A stretch of DNA of 61,438 nucleotides, the filler included, from Choristocarpus tenellus KU-1152 (taxonomy: Eukaryota > Protista > Phaeophyceae): NCBI GenBank assembly GCA_964200185.2. It is 10 parts of 10 records of this genome, joined end to end, with 100 filler letters (N's around TTAATTAATTAA, not from the genome) between each part and the next. Parts side by side here need not be neighbours in the genome. Positions count along the whole stretch, not along the records: positions 38,097 to 41,970 come from CAXNAD020017453.1; positions 42,071 to 48,322 come from CAXNAD020008568.1; positions 48,423 to 54,725 come from CAXNAD020008433.1; 7 more parts are not named here. One strand, 5' to 3'. Position 1 is the stretch's first letter. Each line of letters begins with the position of its first letter. A program made the position numbers and the translations under genes. Below, in pieces: positions 38,401 through 51,090 of the stretch. The notes below the pieces were generated by a model. The model was not told the DNA's origin and did no database searches. It was given only the letters and a program-made list of their open reading frames with translations.

Positions 38401-40984
38401 AGGGTGAGATTGAGATGAGTACTGCACAAGATTTTAGGGAGGAGGCAGAGTGATGTGTGGTAGGGTGACTGAATCTAGTGCACAAGAAGCAGCACATGAC
38501 TGGAGGCATTATAAATAGTCGTAGGGTAACAAGAGTTAGGTTCAGTTGTTGCTATGAGAAGCGAGCCGAACCAATTGAGAGGTAGACAGGGTTGCATTTT
38601 AGGTGTTCCTAGAAAGGGATAAAAATATGTCATTTTGTACAATTGCAGAAAGAGCCTTGGCTGAATTTTTGATGTCACTTTATGTGTGTAAAGGGGATAT
38701 GTAAGGTTTGTGTCTGGTATTGTGCATGGTAAGCAATGAAATATTGTATTGCGCAGAGCAAGAAATATGGTTTAGAATCCAAAAAGGTTCCAAACCTGCT
38801 AACCTCTCAATTTGTTTGGCTCAGTAGTGCAGCGTGTAGTTCCTCCGGCCACTCCGGCCACGGGTTGGGATAGTTCCTAGACTATTGTGAACACAATGAT
38901 ATTGCCAATTAGTACTATGGTTAGCATTTGAAGAGAGATTTTCCTTCCGAACAAGAGGAGTATGTAGATGGGTCGACATGATGGCACTGAGTAGACCATA
39001 GGGTCAGCACACCTTGAGCAGGAGGGGTTATTTCACGTTCTTGTGGGCATCAAATTCTGCGTGAATACTTGTGTCTCAGATCTACTGACCATAGTTTACA
39101 AACGATTTCTTGTTTGCGATATGTACCAGTAGTTGAAGAACTCCCCTGATTGTGTACCAGTGGCCTAATGCAGAGGTTAGTAGATAGGCATGAATCTTAT
39201 ACGCCTTGAACTGGCCATGGTCAAGAGTGAGGAAAGGAGCACATGTCTCCATGTTTGTTGCTGAAGTGCGAACTCTGTGTTGGGTTGGGCGTGTGGCAGC
39301 GATATCCCTATTCATTTTAACTACCACTACCATATAAGATACTATTGGAAACACTAGTAGTGTGTGTCTTGTGCGTTGTGTGACTTTTGTACAGTAGTCG
39401 TTCCAATGTTGGTTGTACTCTCCAGGGAGACCGCCACCAGCAACTTCTACGTGCATCAGAAGCCTTTTTTTTTAAGAACTAGTGTTCATTTGCCTTGTTG
39501 AGGAATTCAAACGTTACTCAGTATAGGATGTAGGTTGACAATTTTAAATTGGTAAGGACATCTCTTATGGGGGAGCAATCTTGGGTTAATTTTCTTTTCA
39601 ATTTTATATTTAGCTATAAAATCGACCAAAGCAGAAATGACCGATAGAAGGGACCAAATTACACTATGGGACATTTTTTGTTGTGACCAGTTTTCTTCCT
39701 AGAAATAAATTGAATGTTTTTTTGGAGATTGTTCCATCATAAGAGATGGTCTAAGACATCTTTTTTCTGTCCCATAGTATATCGTAAGTTGATCGTTGAA
39801 TATCCTTCAGGGGTGTAGTGATAGTAGTGATACGACAAAATCAACTTGTTCCAACCCAAAGAGAAGTAGGAGTGTGACTTTTACAAGAATTTATTTTGTA
39901 CCATTCAGTTTTTGTAGTACAATATCGTTTCTTCGCTTTGTTTGAATTGGTAAGTTATTTCCGATACTCAAAAGTTGCGATATTTCAGTTGGTGAGATTA
40001 TTGTAGATTGTGCGATTATCGCCAATTTGGGAGGAGGGACGTACACAGACGTTTCCCATCGACGATGATTGCGCCACAGTCGTCTACTGATGAGCAGCTG
40101 ACAGGAAAGAAGCGTTCACCCCCCTCTCGTCGGAGTTACTTGTTAAAAGGGAAGAAGAAGAAGAAGAAGAAGCGGTCTAGCTCTCTCTCGACTCTGTTGG
40201 GGACGAAATCAGCCAGAACACGACCAACTTGGTCAGCAGGCACACTGCCAAGAAATGAGCTGGAATACTGCCAGGTGGATGGTGGTTGGCGTACGTCCCC
40301 TCTGTCGAATACCACTACTCAACGTTGAGAGAAATTGTTGATTAGTTGGCGCAGTTTAGTCCAAGGTCAAGACTAGACACAGCGCATCCACTACGAAGTT
40401 CAACACTGAGTGTATGATGACCTCAGTCGAACATTCAAGATTATGTCGACTGTCATACTTTTTCTCCTGTTAGTAATTTGCCGCCAGTTCTCATGCAAGA
40501 TCTACCAACCCCTGGGAAGACCGACTGATCATACTGTTCGGGGTGTAGTTCGGGGTGGAGCCACATGCATCAAGGGAATACGGGGTGTGCTCAATGTAAA
40601 AAGCGAAGAAACCCAGAGAAATGATAGCGGTTATAAAAAGTGCTGTTACGCAATGCTTTGCAGAAAGGGTATGTGCAATGCTTTCTGCCTACAAAATGGG
40701 CAGTACCGCAATATCTTACAAATATCCACCCTCAATCCTACCCCTTGCGCAACGTTCACGCTATCCCTGTTTCCACCATCAACCGAAGTTGGCCATGGTC
40801 TACGTTTTCCCTCTCCTGTTCCGTTTGTAATTCCAAATTTCCACCGGCGATTTTCCCCTGTCTCAGTCTCTCGTTGGTTGACCCCATTCACCTTTCTTGG
40901 AGATTGGGGAACATCCCTCAACACAGTTGCCGATTGTGTTTCTGTGTCTTTGTTCGCTTCCTCTGTAGCCGTTTCCTTGCCCTG

Positions 40985-41300
40985 TTACCTACCCCACTCT
41001 GGATTTATCTCTGCTGTTGACCGGTTCTCCTCTGCCTCACTTCCCAACCCAAAGGAGAAGGAGAATGAGGCCTTGCGAACAGGGGGCGTGGTGCCTGGTG
41101 GTGGGGCATACCCTGCTGGACCAGCTGGTGGTGGCCTTGGACCTGGATTTGGTCCAGGCCTTGGCCCTGGACTGGGACCTGGGATGGGACCAGGGCTTGG
41201 TCCGGGCCCAGGGGGTGGGGCTCCAGGGAGTGGAGCAACTGGGGTTGCAGGTGGGGGAGCCATCCCTGCTGCCCCGCCTCTTCCAGGTGAGGAATAATTG
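40985..41300 (-). CDS. Pro/Gly-rich exon (PGP repeats) of an unidentified gene
   Basis: Branch-like ctaac plus tag acceptor at ~41301. Reads APPPATPVAPLPGAPPPGPGPSPGPIPGPSPGPRPGPNPGP...NPEWGR*, with third-position variation in the 12-nt repeat consistent with coding. Confidence 0.55.
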
Positions 41301-42070
41301 CTATGCTGTTAGCACAAAGTGCTGGGTGTATTGTGGGTAGGAATTGTGGGTTGGGAGAGTTAGCAAAGATGCGTTTTTGTGAGGGGTGAGTTTTGATGGA
41401 AATTGACTTACAGGGGGTTTGACTTCATCTGTGACAACCTGATGGGCATGCTAGGGCTAGTTTGTGTGACAGTTATGGAAAGCTTTGGAAATCTTGCTTT
41501 TGTAGTTGTTATATGAAGTAATTTGTGCAGTATACCTAGCTAATTTTTAATTTTCAGGGAATAGGGAAGAAGCTTTGTTTATAAGGTTTGTTGAATATTT
41601 ATTTCTATGTGGAAATGGTTGAATTGATGGATATGTTTGGAAAAGAAGAGTTGTTGATTTGTGAATGACAGTAGGGATTCATTCCTTGGACCGATCACAT
41701 GGTTAAGTGAATGACAAAGTAAGTGAATCCACCACACCACGAATATGAAAGTGACTATCATTGTTGAACACACCTCTTTTATTTCTGATAGTGCTTCTAC
41801 ACTCCATTACCTACCGCTCCTGGTGTAACCACATCATCGATATATCTAGAGCTCCTATTTTTTACTGTGGTGTGACCTGCCCCCCCCCCCCCCCCCCCCC
41901 CCGCCCCCCCCCCCTACCCCCACCCACCCCGCCCTCCCCACCCCCCGCCCCCCCCCCCCCCCCCCCCCCCNNNNNNNNNNNNNNNNNNNNNNNNNNNNNN
42001 NNNNNNNNNNNNNNTTAATTAATTAANNNNNNNNNNNNNNNNNNNNNNNNNNNNNNNNNNNNNNNNNNNN

Positions 42071-42139
<69 letters not shown>

Positions 42140-42600
42140 GAGTTCGCCTGGGTGGGTTGAGTATTAACACACAACACACAACAACATACATCAAGTTGTG
42201 GTGGTGAAATTGGAGTGTTGGGGGGAGGGGGGGGGAGGGGGGGGCTGACGTTCTGTATTCTGTGGGGCGGGTAGATTTCAAAGAGTGTGCTGTTGATTAT
42301 TGATTGTTGATTATTGATTATTGATCTGTCCTTCCCCCCCCCGCCCACGCGCCCATATACGCACACATACATACGCCTGTGAGGGGTTTGTTCTCTGCTC
42401 TGGAGTCATTGCGTGTGAGTGGAGGGTTTTGGATGAGGCGGGTTTTTGTTCGAGGATGATGTGGTATTGCTATCTACGTTGTTGAGGAGGCGTGTGTTGT
42501 TGATCCCGCCGCCGGTTATTTTATTTTTATTTGTTACTTTTGGACAAAACTAAAATGAAATTAAAAAAACTAAATTGTAATAATAAAATACACAAGTTTT

Positions 42601-42631
<31 letters not shown>

Positions 42632-43114
42632 TATTTATCCCCGTTGTTAAGTCGATAGCGGTAGGTAGAGATTGCAACTAGTGTTTGAATAGGTTGTTAT
42701 ATACGTGTGAATATATATATGTATATGTACGTGTGTGTGTTTTTAGAAATAGGGTTAGGGTTTAGGGTCAGCGTATAAAGATTCGTTGGAACCAAATCGC
42801 CAAGACCCTTTTCATGTACAGTCAGTAGAGGGTTGGGACTGTTTATTATTCTACGACGCAACAGAATTAAAAAAAACATATATTCATTTCTTTATTGTGT
42901 GCGAAGGCGGGGTGGACAGAGGCGATCCTTCTGGCCTCTTTTTTTTTGGTTTCTTACTTTTAAATACCGAGATAACAGAAAAAAAAGTATTGATACGCAT
43001 TAAACAGAAATGATAATTAAAATTTTCTTTTTATTGTTATTTTCTTTTTGTTTTTTTGGTTATTTCTCGTTTGTACATGGCTGGTGATGATTTGTTCTGG
43101 TGTACTTGGACGCA

Positions 43115-43857
43115 GCATTAATACATTAATATATTACTACATTAATATATTACTACATTGATACCTTAGTATATTACTACATTAGTATATTACTACATTA
43201 TTACATTAGTATATTACTATATTACTACATTAGTATATTACTACATTAGTATATTACTACATCAGTACATTACTGCATTAATATATTAATGTATTAATAT
43301 ATTACTACATTGGTGTATTACTACATTGGTATATTACTACATTAGTAAATTAATATATTACTACGTTAGTATATTACTACATTAATACATTAGCATATTA
43401 CTAGATTAGTAGATTAATACATTAGTATATTACTAGATTAATATATTACTACATTGATACCTTGGTATATTAATACATTAGTATATTACATTAATATATT
43501 ACTACATTAGTATATTAATACATTAGTATATTAATACATTAGTAAATTAATATATTACTACGTTAGTATATTACTGCGGTAGTATATTAATATATCACTA
43601 CATTAGTATGTTAATATATTACTAATATATTACTACATTAGTATATTACTACATTAATACATTAGTATATTACTACATTAATACATTAGTATATTAATAC
43701 ATTAGTATATTAATACATTAGTAAATTAATATATTACTACATTAGTATATTACTGCGGTAGTATATTAATATATTACCACATTAGTATATTACTACATTA
43801 GTATGTTAATATATTACTAATATATTTTTGCATTAGTATATTACTACATTAATACAT
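43115..43857. repeat. AT-rich minisatellite, ~16-bp unit ACATTAGTATATTACT
   Basis: About 740 bp of variant units. Confidence 0.95.
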
Positions 43858-44174
43858 GCGCTGGAACATGGCCTCGTGCCTTTGTTTTTCTTATTTCTAG
43901 GTCATGCCGAACAAAAGCTCATTCCGGGAAATTTGTCCCCTGTCATTCTGACCCTATATACAAGAAAGGGTGCCTTAGGAATTGTGGTGCTATTGCTATT
44001 GCAGGTTAATTCAGGACCACTAGAACAGTGGTCAATTAAGAGGGTCTTTTTCCATATTCAAATCAAATCAAACGTCTGAAGTAAATCATCTTATTGGACC
44101 ATCAACAATCCCCCCTCTCCCCCCCCACCTCTTCCTCCTCCCACCGTCCCTTCACGGCCCTCCTCTGAGAATAG

Positions 44175-44720
<546 letters not shown>

Positions 44721-45569
44721 CTATGTGCTCTGCGGTTTTCTTTTCATTGGTGCGGTTCGATAAGAATAAGAATAAGAAGAATAAGAATAAAAGCGTGATG
44801 GTTCATTTATTGTTCCGTTATTGTATGTAGTTAGTGTCTTTTTGTTTTTTGTTATTAAAAAGTAAAAAGGTGCATTAAAGATCACGATCTTTAACCTTGT
44901 TTTGTTGCACTTTGGTTCTCTAATGCGGTACCACCATGCTTACTACACTTAGAAGAGTTCCTCATTTATTTTTATTTTCAACTTTATTTATTTATTTATT
45001 GTGTGTGTTGTGTTGTGTGCATGTGTGCTACAGGAGTTGCCAATGTTTGATGTAGTTGTGATGTGCCACTATTATAATGGTTAAATTTCGTAGCTCCTTT
45101 TTTTTCTAATAATGTTCTTTGTAGGGGAAGGGAGGCAAAAAAAAAAAATCCCATCATTTTTTTTTTGGGGGGGGGGAGGAGCGGGAGGGATCATAAAATA
45201 TGAAAACAAGAATGATACCTTTAAAATAATTTTAAAAAAAGAGGTATATTGCGATCATCCTTGTAAAATTCTGCTGTTTAAACAAAGAGTACTTTAAACT
45301 AGTGTGTGTGTGTTTGGGTTTTTGTGGCTCTACTGTCGCATCCTGTCATGTCATACTGCCAATTCTCTTTTTTATCTGAAAAAAAGGAAGTGAAATCAAA
45401 TCAAATCAAATCAAGTCTCCCTTAAAGAAGAACGTCTATGTTAAGATTTCTCTTCTTACCCGCTGAGGCCGTTATCTTTTTTTGTTCTTACATATTTTTG
45501 AATCGATGCTGATGTTGAAGTTGAAGTTGAAGTTGAGATTCTCTTCTGAATTTACCGGAGATCATAACG

Positions 45570-45788
45570 GAGTCAAGGTATGTTAGAGGGGGGTAGGTAG
45601 GGTTGTCAAGGTATGTGTCCATTTGTGGGTCATAAATGCGATGTTGTGATTTTTATGTCATTTTTATGTCATTTTGGCTATATATCGTGTTTGTTAGGAA
45701 GTGTCAACATACTTCTACCAGACTTAAAACATGATACCTCTACTCCAGAACGTTTCGGAGTATAGTTAAAATGTTATTTAAAAAATAA

Positions 45789-45824
<36 letters not shown>

Positions 45825-45889
45825 GAAGTCAAGAGCCCTGACGTGGACAAACGGGGCTAAACCTCGTACCCTCTGAGATGGTTTCGCTC
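45570..45889. mobile_element. MITE family A, diverged copy in the PheS intron, apparent 3-bp TSD ACG
   Basis: acg|GAGtcaaggtatgttagaggg ... taccctctgagatggtttcgCTC|acg; internal cgtgtttgttaggaagtgtcaa is conserved. Confidence 0.82.
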
Positions 45890-46051
45890 ACGTAATAATG
45901 TTCCTGTCCTGTGTCCTGTTCTATTCTGTTCTGTTCTTTTCTTTTCTTTTCTTTTTGTATCTTTAAATTAATATATTTTTTCCTACTGTTCTCACATCGT
46001 GAAATTAATTTAAAAAATAAAAATAAATATATATATATATTAAAAAATCAG

Positions 46052-46224
46052 ATTGAGATTCTGCGCGTTGAGAAGAAGGGGGAGGTGAACATGTGTCACC
46101 TCAAGGGAACCGTGGATCACTTCCTGATGAAGATGTTTGGGCCAGAGATACGGACGCGCTATAGGGGAAGCTTTTTCCCCTTCACGGAGCCCAGCTACGA
46201 GGTTGACATCTGGTTCAAGGGGAA
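46052..46224 (+). CDS. pheS: Phenylalanyl-tRNA synthetase alpha subunit, next exon
   Basis: IEILRVEKK...HLKGTVDHFLMKMFGPEIRTRYRGSFFPFTEPSYEVDIWFKG. Boundaries cag|...|gtgagt; in phase with the previous exon. Confidence 0.93.
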
Positions 46225-47599
46225 GTGAGTTTAGTTTGTTCATTTTTTTGTTTATTTTTCTTTTCTCGTTTATTTGAATCTAGAGTGCGATATAATGTGT
46301 TCACCTCGAGTATTGTTGTTATGATTACATCTTTATTATTATTATTATTATTTTATCATCACCATTTCTGTTATTATTTTTTTGTGCAAGGAAATATCTC
46401 AGCCTTTTCTGGCGTATTCCCTGGCAAATCGCAGCAGGCCTTCTCAATAATGAAAAAGAAAACCCAATAATGTCTATTCCTAGAATATTTTTTAATTCTT
46501 TTTTTTTTTTTTTTTTTGGGGGGGGGGGGTGTTAGCGGAATCTTTGCGCGTTGTATGTACTTGCTATTTATTTTATGGTGTCCTCATTTATTTTATTTTT
46601 TAGATTGATTATTTTGTTTTTAGGTTGGGGAGTAGATTTTGTCTGTATTATTTTTTTTTTAATGTGTGCGAGGACTGTCCCGTGCCTTTTTTTTAATTTA
46701 TTGTGCTTAAGGGTTAGGGAGCAGAGAGGGCGTAACTCTTTTTTTAATTGTTGTTTTTTAGTTTAAAATAAATAAGGGACACACACTGATTGTCTAAATT
46801 TTGATCCTCAAGAAAATACTTGTGTGTGTGTGTGATCGTTTTTGGTAGCCACATACGATAACCCTAACCCTAACCAAAAATTTGCACGATCTATTTTATT
46901 CTTCCACCATAGAACCGTTTTGATATTTTAAAAAAATAGTACAAAATATATATACACTTCAACAAGTCCATATATATATATATATATTATAAATTAATAT
47001 TTTTTCAGATCTATGAAAATAACTAGAGAAGCATGGAATAAAGGGCAGTGTTTCCAAACAGAGAGTGACTGGTGGGGAGTGTAGTGACGGGTGTCCAGTA
47101 CTTTTCAACTAGCTATACCTACAATGAATAGTTCTACAGGAGTAGGATCTTTCATGTGTGTGTGTGTTTGTGTGTGTTTGTATATTTTTATATCTATGTA
47201 GGAACTGCGTGCCTAGAAGTAAGTAGCAGGTGGTACTGTTCCCATTTAAAAAAAAAGGTAGAAATTAAAAATAATAATTAAATTTAAATTTAATTTAAAT
47301 TAGGATCATGTAACAATCGATGGATGAGTTGTTTTTTTCAGTGATTGGTTAATGCACTTTGGAGCTATATATTAGTGATTGGTGCAACAATGGTGGATGA
47401 GATCTTTTGGGAGATGTAGTTGCACTGGGGGGAAAGGGTGGGATCATTCCTGGAAACTTAACTTGAGGGGCAGCACCTGCCATGATTTGTTGACCAATCT
47501 GTCCAGTACCAAGGATGGCGTTGTATGAGATTCGTAGGCGTTTTGAGCACCGTACTCCGCAAAGATAGATGGTTGTGGACACGACTCGAGTGTGTGAGC

Positions 47600-48160
47600 T
47601 AGAGGGTTAGGGTTGGAGTTAGAGTTAGAGTTAGGGTTAGGGATAGTAACAAGGCAGTCGGGCGCTAGTGTGTATGTCCATGCACTGCTTCTAGAGACGG
47701 TATTACACAAGACCTTTGGGAGGAGACTGACCCAACCCTAACCCTTGTCAGTCCGTCATTAGTCTGTCATTTGTTGAGGTTTTTTTATTCTAGGGACGTG
47801 CAATTAAGAGTATTAATACGTATGTCATTATTATTTTGTTTTGTTTTGTTTTGTTTTTTTAACTCGAATCCGTTGTCTGTCTTCTTCGTTTCCCTCTCTC
47901 CTATTTTGTTTTTTTATTATTTATTCTTTTTATTCTCTCTCTCTCTCTCTGTGGAATTGAAAAACTTAAGAGGAATCTGGGTGATGATGATGCGTGTTAT
48001 TTTTTTGTATTGTCGGAGGGGGGGGGGGGGGGGGGTCAATAAAATTAAAAATTTAATTTAAAAAGTAGAAAGTTTGTTGTGCATTTTGGTAGGGGGGGGG
48101 GGTTAGGGGTTAGGGTTAGGGTTAGTTTGTATTAGGGTTAGGGTTAGGGTTAGGGTTAGT
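47600..48160 (+). repeat. Interstitial telomere-like (TTAGGG)n patches (47603-47642, 48101-48160; others at ~21245, ~42752, ~46860)
   Basis: Direct inspection. Confidence 0.8.
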
Positions 48161-49174
48161 TTGTATTACTCGGGATTGAATGATTGATTTTTTTATTGAT
48201 TAAGTTGTTGTGAGCAGGAAGTATAATGTATGTATGAATGTGTGTGTGTGTATATGTATGTGTGTATGAGGATCTTGAATACATGCATTGGGGGGGGGGG
48301 TTCATGGTATCACGAGAGCAAANNNNNNNNNNNNNNNNNNNNNNNNNNNNNNNNNNNNNNNNNNNNTTAATTAATTAANNNNNNNNNNNNNNNNNNNNNN
48401 NNNNNNNNNNNNNNNNNNNNNNCCCCCCCCCCATGCATATAGTCCTTCCCATGCCCACTATTTGTACCCCTGGCAAGAAGCCGTGTGTGACCGGTGGATT
48501 TATTTTTTATTTTTTAGACTTGAGTTGTTGAGAATTAAATAATACTGAGAAGAATGAGAATATTCAGGGTGACCGAATAAGTCCTATTGGCTCACTGTGA
48601 AACTTGATTTTTGTTTTTTAGTGTTTTACTGGATACATGCTATAGATGTATTTTATTCTTTTTGAGTACCATGCTGAGGTTGGCTCTATTGTTACTCTGC
48701 CATCAATGATATCAACTATATTAATGATACTAGTAATATTAATGATATTAAAGATGTTATTGATATTATTGATATTGATGATATCACCTTCTCGGTCACG
48801 CAATGTGCAGCCTGATCAGAGCACCCCATACAGTTTTAACTTTGTAGGAGTGAAAACCAAATTGGAGGAGGTTTGATTTTAGCCCCTTTTGAGCTTATTT
48901 TTCATAACTTTTTCCACTACACACCATACCCTTACACCTGAACTGCAGTTTACCCCCATTTGAAGGTTGTGACCTGTAGAAGAGAAGATTAGAGAATATC
49001 AAACATCAAATATCAAACACTGCAATTATACGTAACACATTCCTACTCGAAAGGAAACACATTTCTACTCAAAGGCACAAACCATGTCCCAGGGACTGGT
49101 AGGGGACTGCAAGGGACACACATGTGTTTGTGCCTTTGAAAGCCCGTTGATCCCCCCCCTCCATCACGAACATT

Positions 49175-49715
49175 ATCAATCTATTATCATCCCGACTATG
49201 TTACTCTATTATCATCCCAACTATGTTACTCTATTGTCATCTCAACTGTGTTGCTCTATTATCATCCCAACTATGTTACTCTATTATCATCTCAACTGTG
49301 TTGCTCTATTATTATCCCAACTATGTTACTCTATTACCAACTATGTTACTCTATTACCATCTCAACTGTGTTACTCTATTATTATCCCAACTATGTTATT
49401 CTATTATCATCCCAACTATGTCACTCTATTATCATCCCAACTATGTTACTCTGTTATCATCCCAACTGTGTCACTCTATTATCATCCCAACTATGTCACT
49501 CTATTATCATCCCAACTATGTTACTCTGTTATCATCCCAACTGTGTCACTCTATTATCATCCCAACTATATCACTCTATTATCATCCCAACTATGTTACT
49601 CTGTTATCATCCCAACTGTGTCACTCTATGATCATCCCAACTATGTTACTCTTTTATCATCCCAACTATGTCACTCTATTATCATCCCAACTGTGTTACT
49701 CTTTATTGTTGTGTT
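49175..49715. repeat. 25-bp minisatellite TGTTACTCTATTATCATCCCAACTA (~21 copies), directly upstream of a GPD2 acceptor
   Basis: Direct inspection; explains the three spurious repetitive ORFs at 49084-49915. Confidence 0.96.
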
Positions 49716-49732
49716 ACTCTTTATTTATGCAG

Positions 49733-49843
49733 GAGAGTAATCGATACCTGTCTCACAATATTCACCGATCTGATGTTATTGCTGCTTGGTCCGGGATTCG
49801 ACCCTTGGTAAGGGATCCAAAACAAATGGCAGAGGGGACCAAG
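49733..49843 (+). CDS. GPD2: FAD-dependent glycerol-3-phosphate dehydrogenase (mitochondrial GPD2/GlpD type), exon A
   Basis: ESNRYLSHNIHRSDVIAAWSGIRPLVRDPKQMAEGTK. Boundaries cag|...|gtcagt; 111 nt. Confidence 0.92.
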
Positions 49844-50672
49844 GTCAGTGGTGTATTGCATGTACTAGACTGTTCGGAGTGTGTATTAACATGTATTCGT
49901 TGTTGTGTTGTGTAGGTGAATGGTTTCTTTTCTTGGGTTGTGTTCATGTCTTAAGCTTAGGGTTAGGGTTGATCAATGACTTCGTGATGCCATGGTTGTG
50001 GTGATGAGTGATCATGACTCTGTGGGAATGATAACTCTGTAGCAATGATAATTTGGACGAGAGCTATCATGGCAATGGCAAAGTTGATTTTTGATGTGCT
50101 GTACTAGGCGTTTTTTGGGCTGTAAATTTGGAAGGGATAAATGGTTCCTCGTGTTCATTTTAAGAAAAAAAAAATGGAGGTGACAGTTGTTGACAGCTGT
50201 TGCTGTTCTGTTTTAGGCCAGTCATGTTGATCGATGGCCTTTGTGCATTCATACGGAGTGGTACTAGTGTGTAATGTACAGTGTGATGTTTGAACTACCA
50301 ATTTTAAAGGTGTATACTAGTGCTTTTATGGCATCACTTTTTTCCCACAATAACTTCAAACAAATGAGTTAGTACCTGCCTGCCCAGGTTATTTGGCAGG
50401 CGCTTCACTATCAGCACCATTGAACGTCACGGGACTTGTTACGATACTGTTCAATTTTTTTTTGTTTTTCAGCACTGCTTGTGTGATTATTTTTTTTATC
50501 AACATTGGGTCGATTCTCATCTCATTCTTATTTTTTGTTGTTGATGCACAGTGGCAATAAGTGTTCACTGGTAATAATCACTACAGTATTGATTATATTA
50601 CTGTTCGCTGTTGTTTATTGTAACAGTAATGTTTCTCGTTGCCCCCCCCCCCCCTCTATCTTTCAATCACAG

Positions 50673-50765
50673 GCCTTATCGCGCAACCATGTAGTGGAGG
50701 TCAGCAAGGACGGCCTTGTTACCATTACTGGGGGCAAGTGGACTACCTTCCGCAGGATGGCAGAG
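50673..50765 (+). CDS. GPD2: GPD2 exon B
   Basis: ALSRNHVVEVSKDGLVTITGGKWTTFRRMAE (GGKWTT signature). Boundaries cag|...|gtgtgc; 93 nt. Confidence 0.95.
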
Positions 50766-50952
50766 GTGTGCTTTTGTTGTGCTTGATATCTGCAAGATTT
50801 ACTGTCTCTATTGCTGTCATGAGAGAGAGAGAGAGAGGTGATCTGAGATTTCCTGTGGCAAATGGCCACTGAACTCAGATGCACTTTCAAGACCTTTTTT
50901 TATTAACATGTGTGTATTGTCCCTCATTATATATTTTTTGTTGCATGTGTAG

Positions 50953-51090
50953 GATGCAGTTGATGCCTTGTTGGAGCATGTACCAGGTGTTGATAGAGAG
51001 AACAGCGTGTCTAAGGTCAGCCTCACCAAGGATGCGGCTCTTGTCGGGGCAGACAGGGCTGGAGTTGTCTGTGCTCAAAAATTTGACCAG
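50953..51090 (+). CDS. GPD2: GPD2 exon C
   Basis: DAVDALLEHVPG...LTKDAALVGADRAG...FDQ. Boundaries tag|...|gtgaag; 138 nt, phase 0, continuing MAE-DAVD. Confidence 0.88.

Noticed and set aside
40985-40987. TAA reassignment (alternative genetic code)
   Set aside because: Conserved host exons (NCKX, PheS, GPD2) contain no in-frame TAA/TAG; stops occur only in decayed elements.
40410-41297. 295-aa plus-strand ORF with GPGLGPG repeats
   Set aside because: Most likely the antisense shadow of the minus-strand Pro-rich exon; non-ATG start and no domain-like N-terminus.
41870-42140. Poly-proline ORFs and G-quadruplex-like tracts
   Set aside because: PolyC/polyG at contig ends, typical of sequencing artefacts.
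49084-49915. Three long overlapping repetitive ORFs, or a CRISPR-like array
   Set aside because: A stop-poor 25-bp tandem minisatellite with no unique spacers and no cas genes, in a eukaryotic intron.
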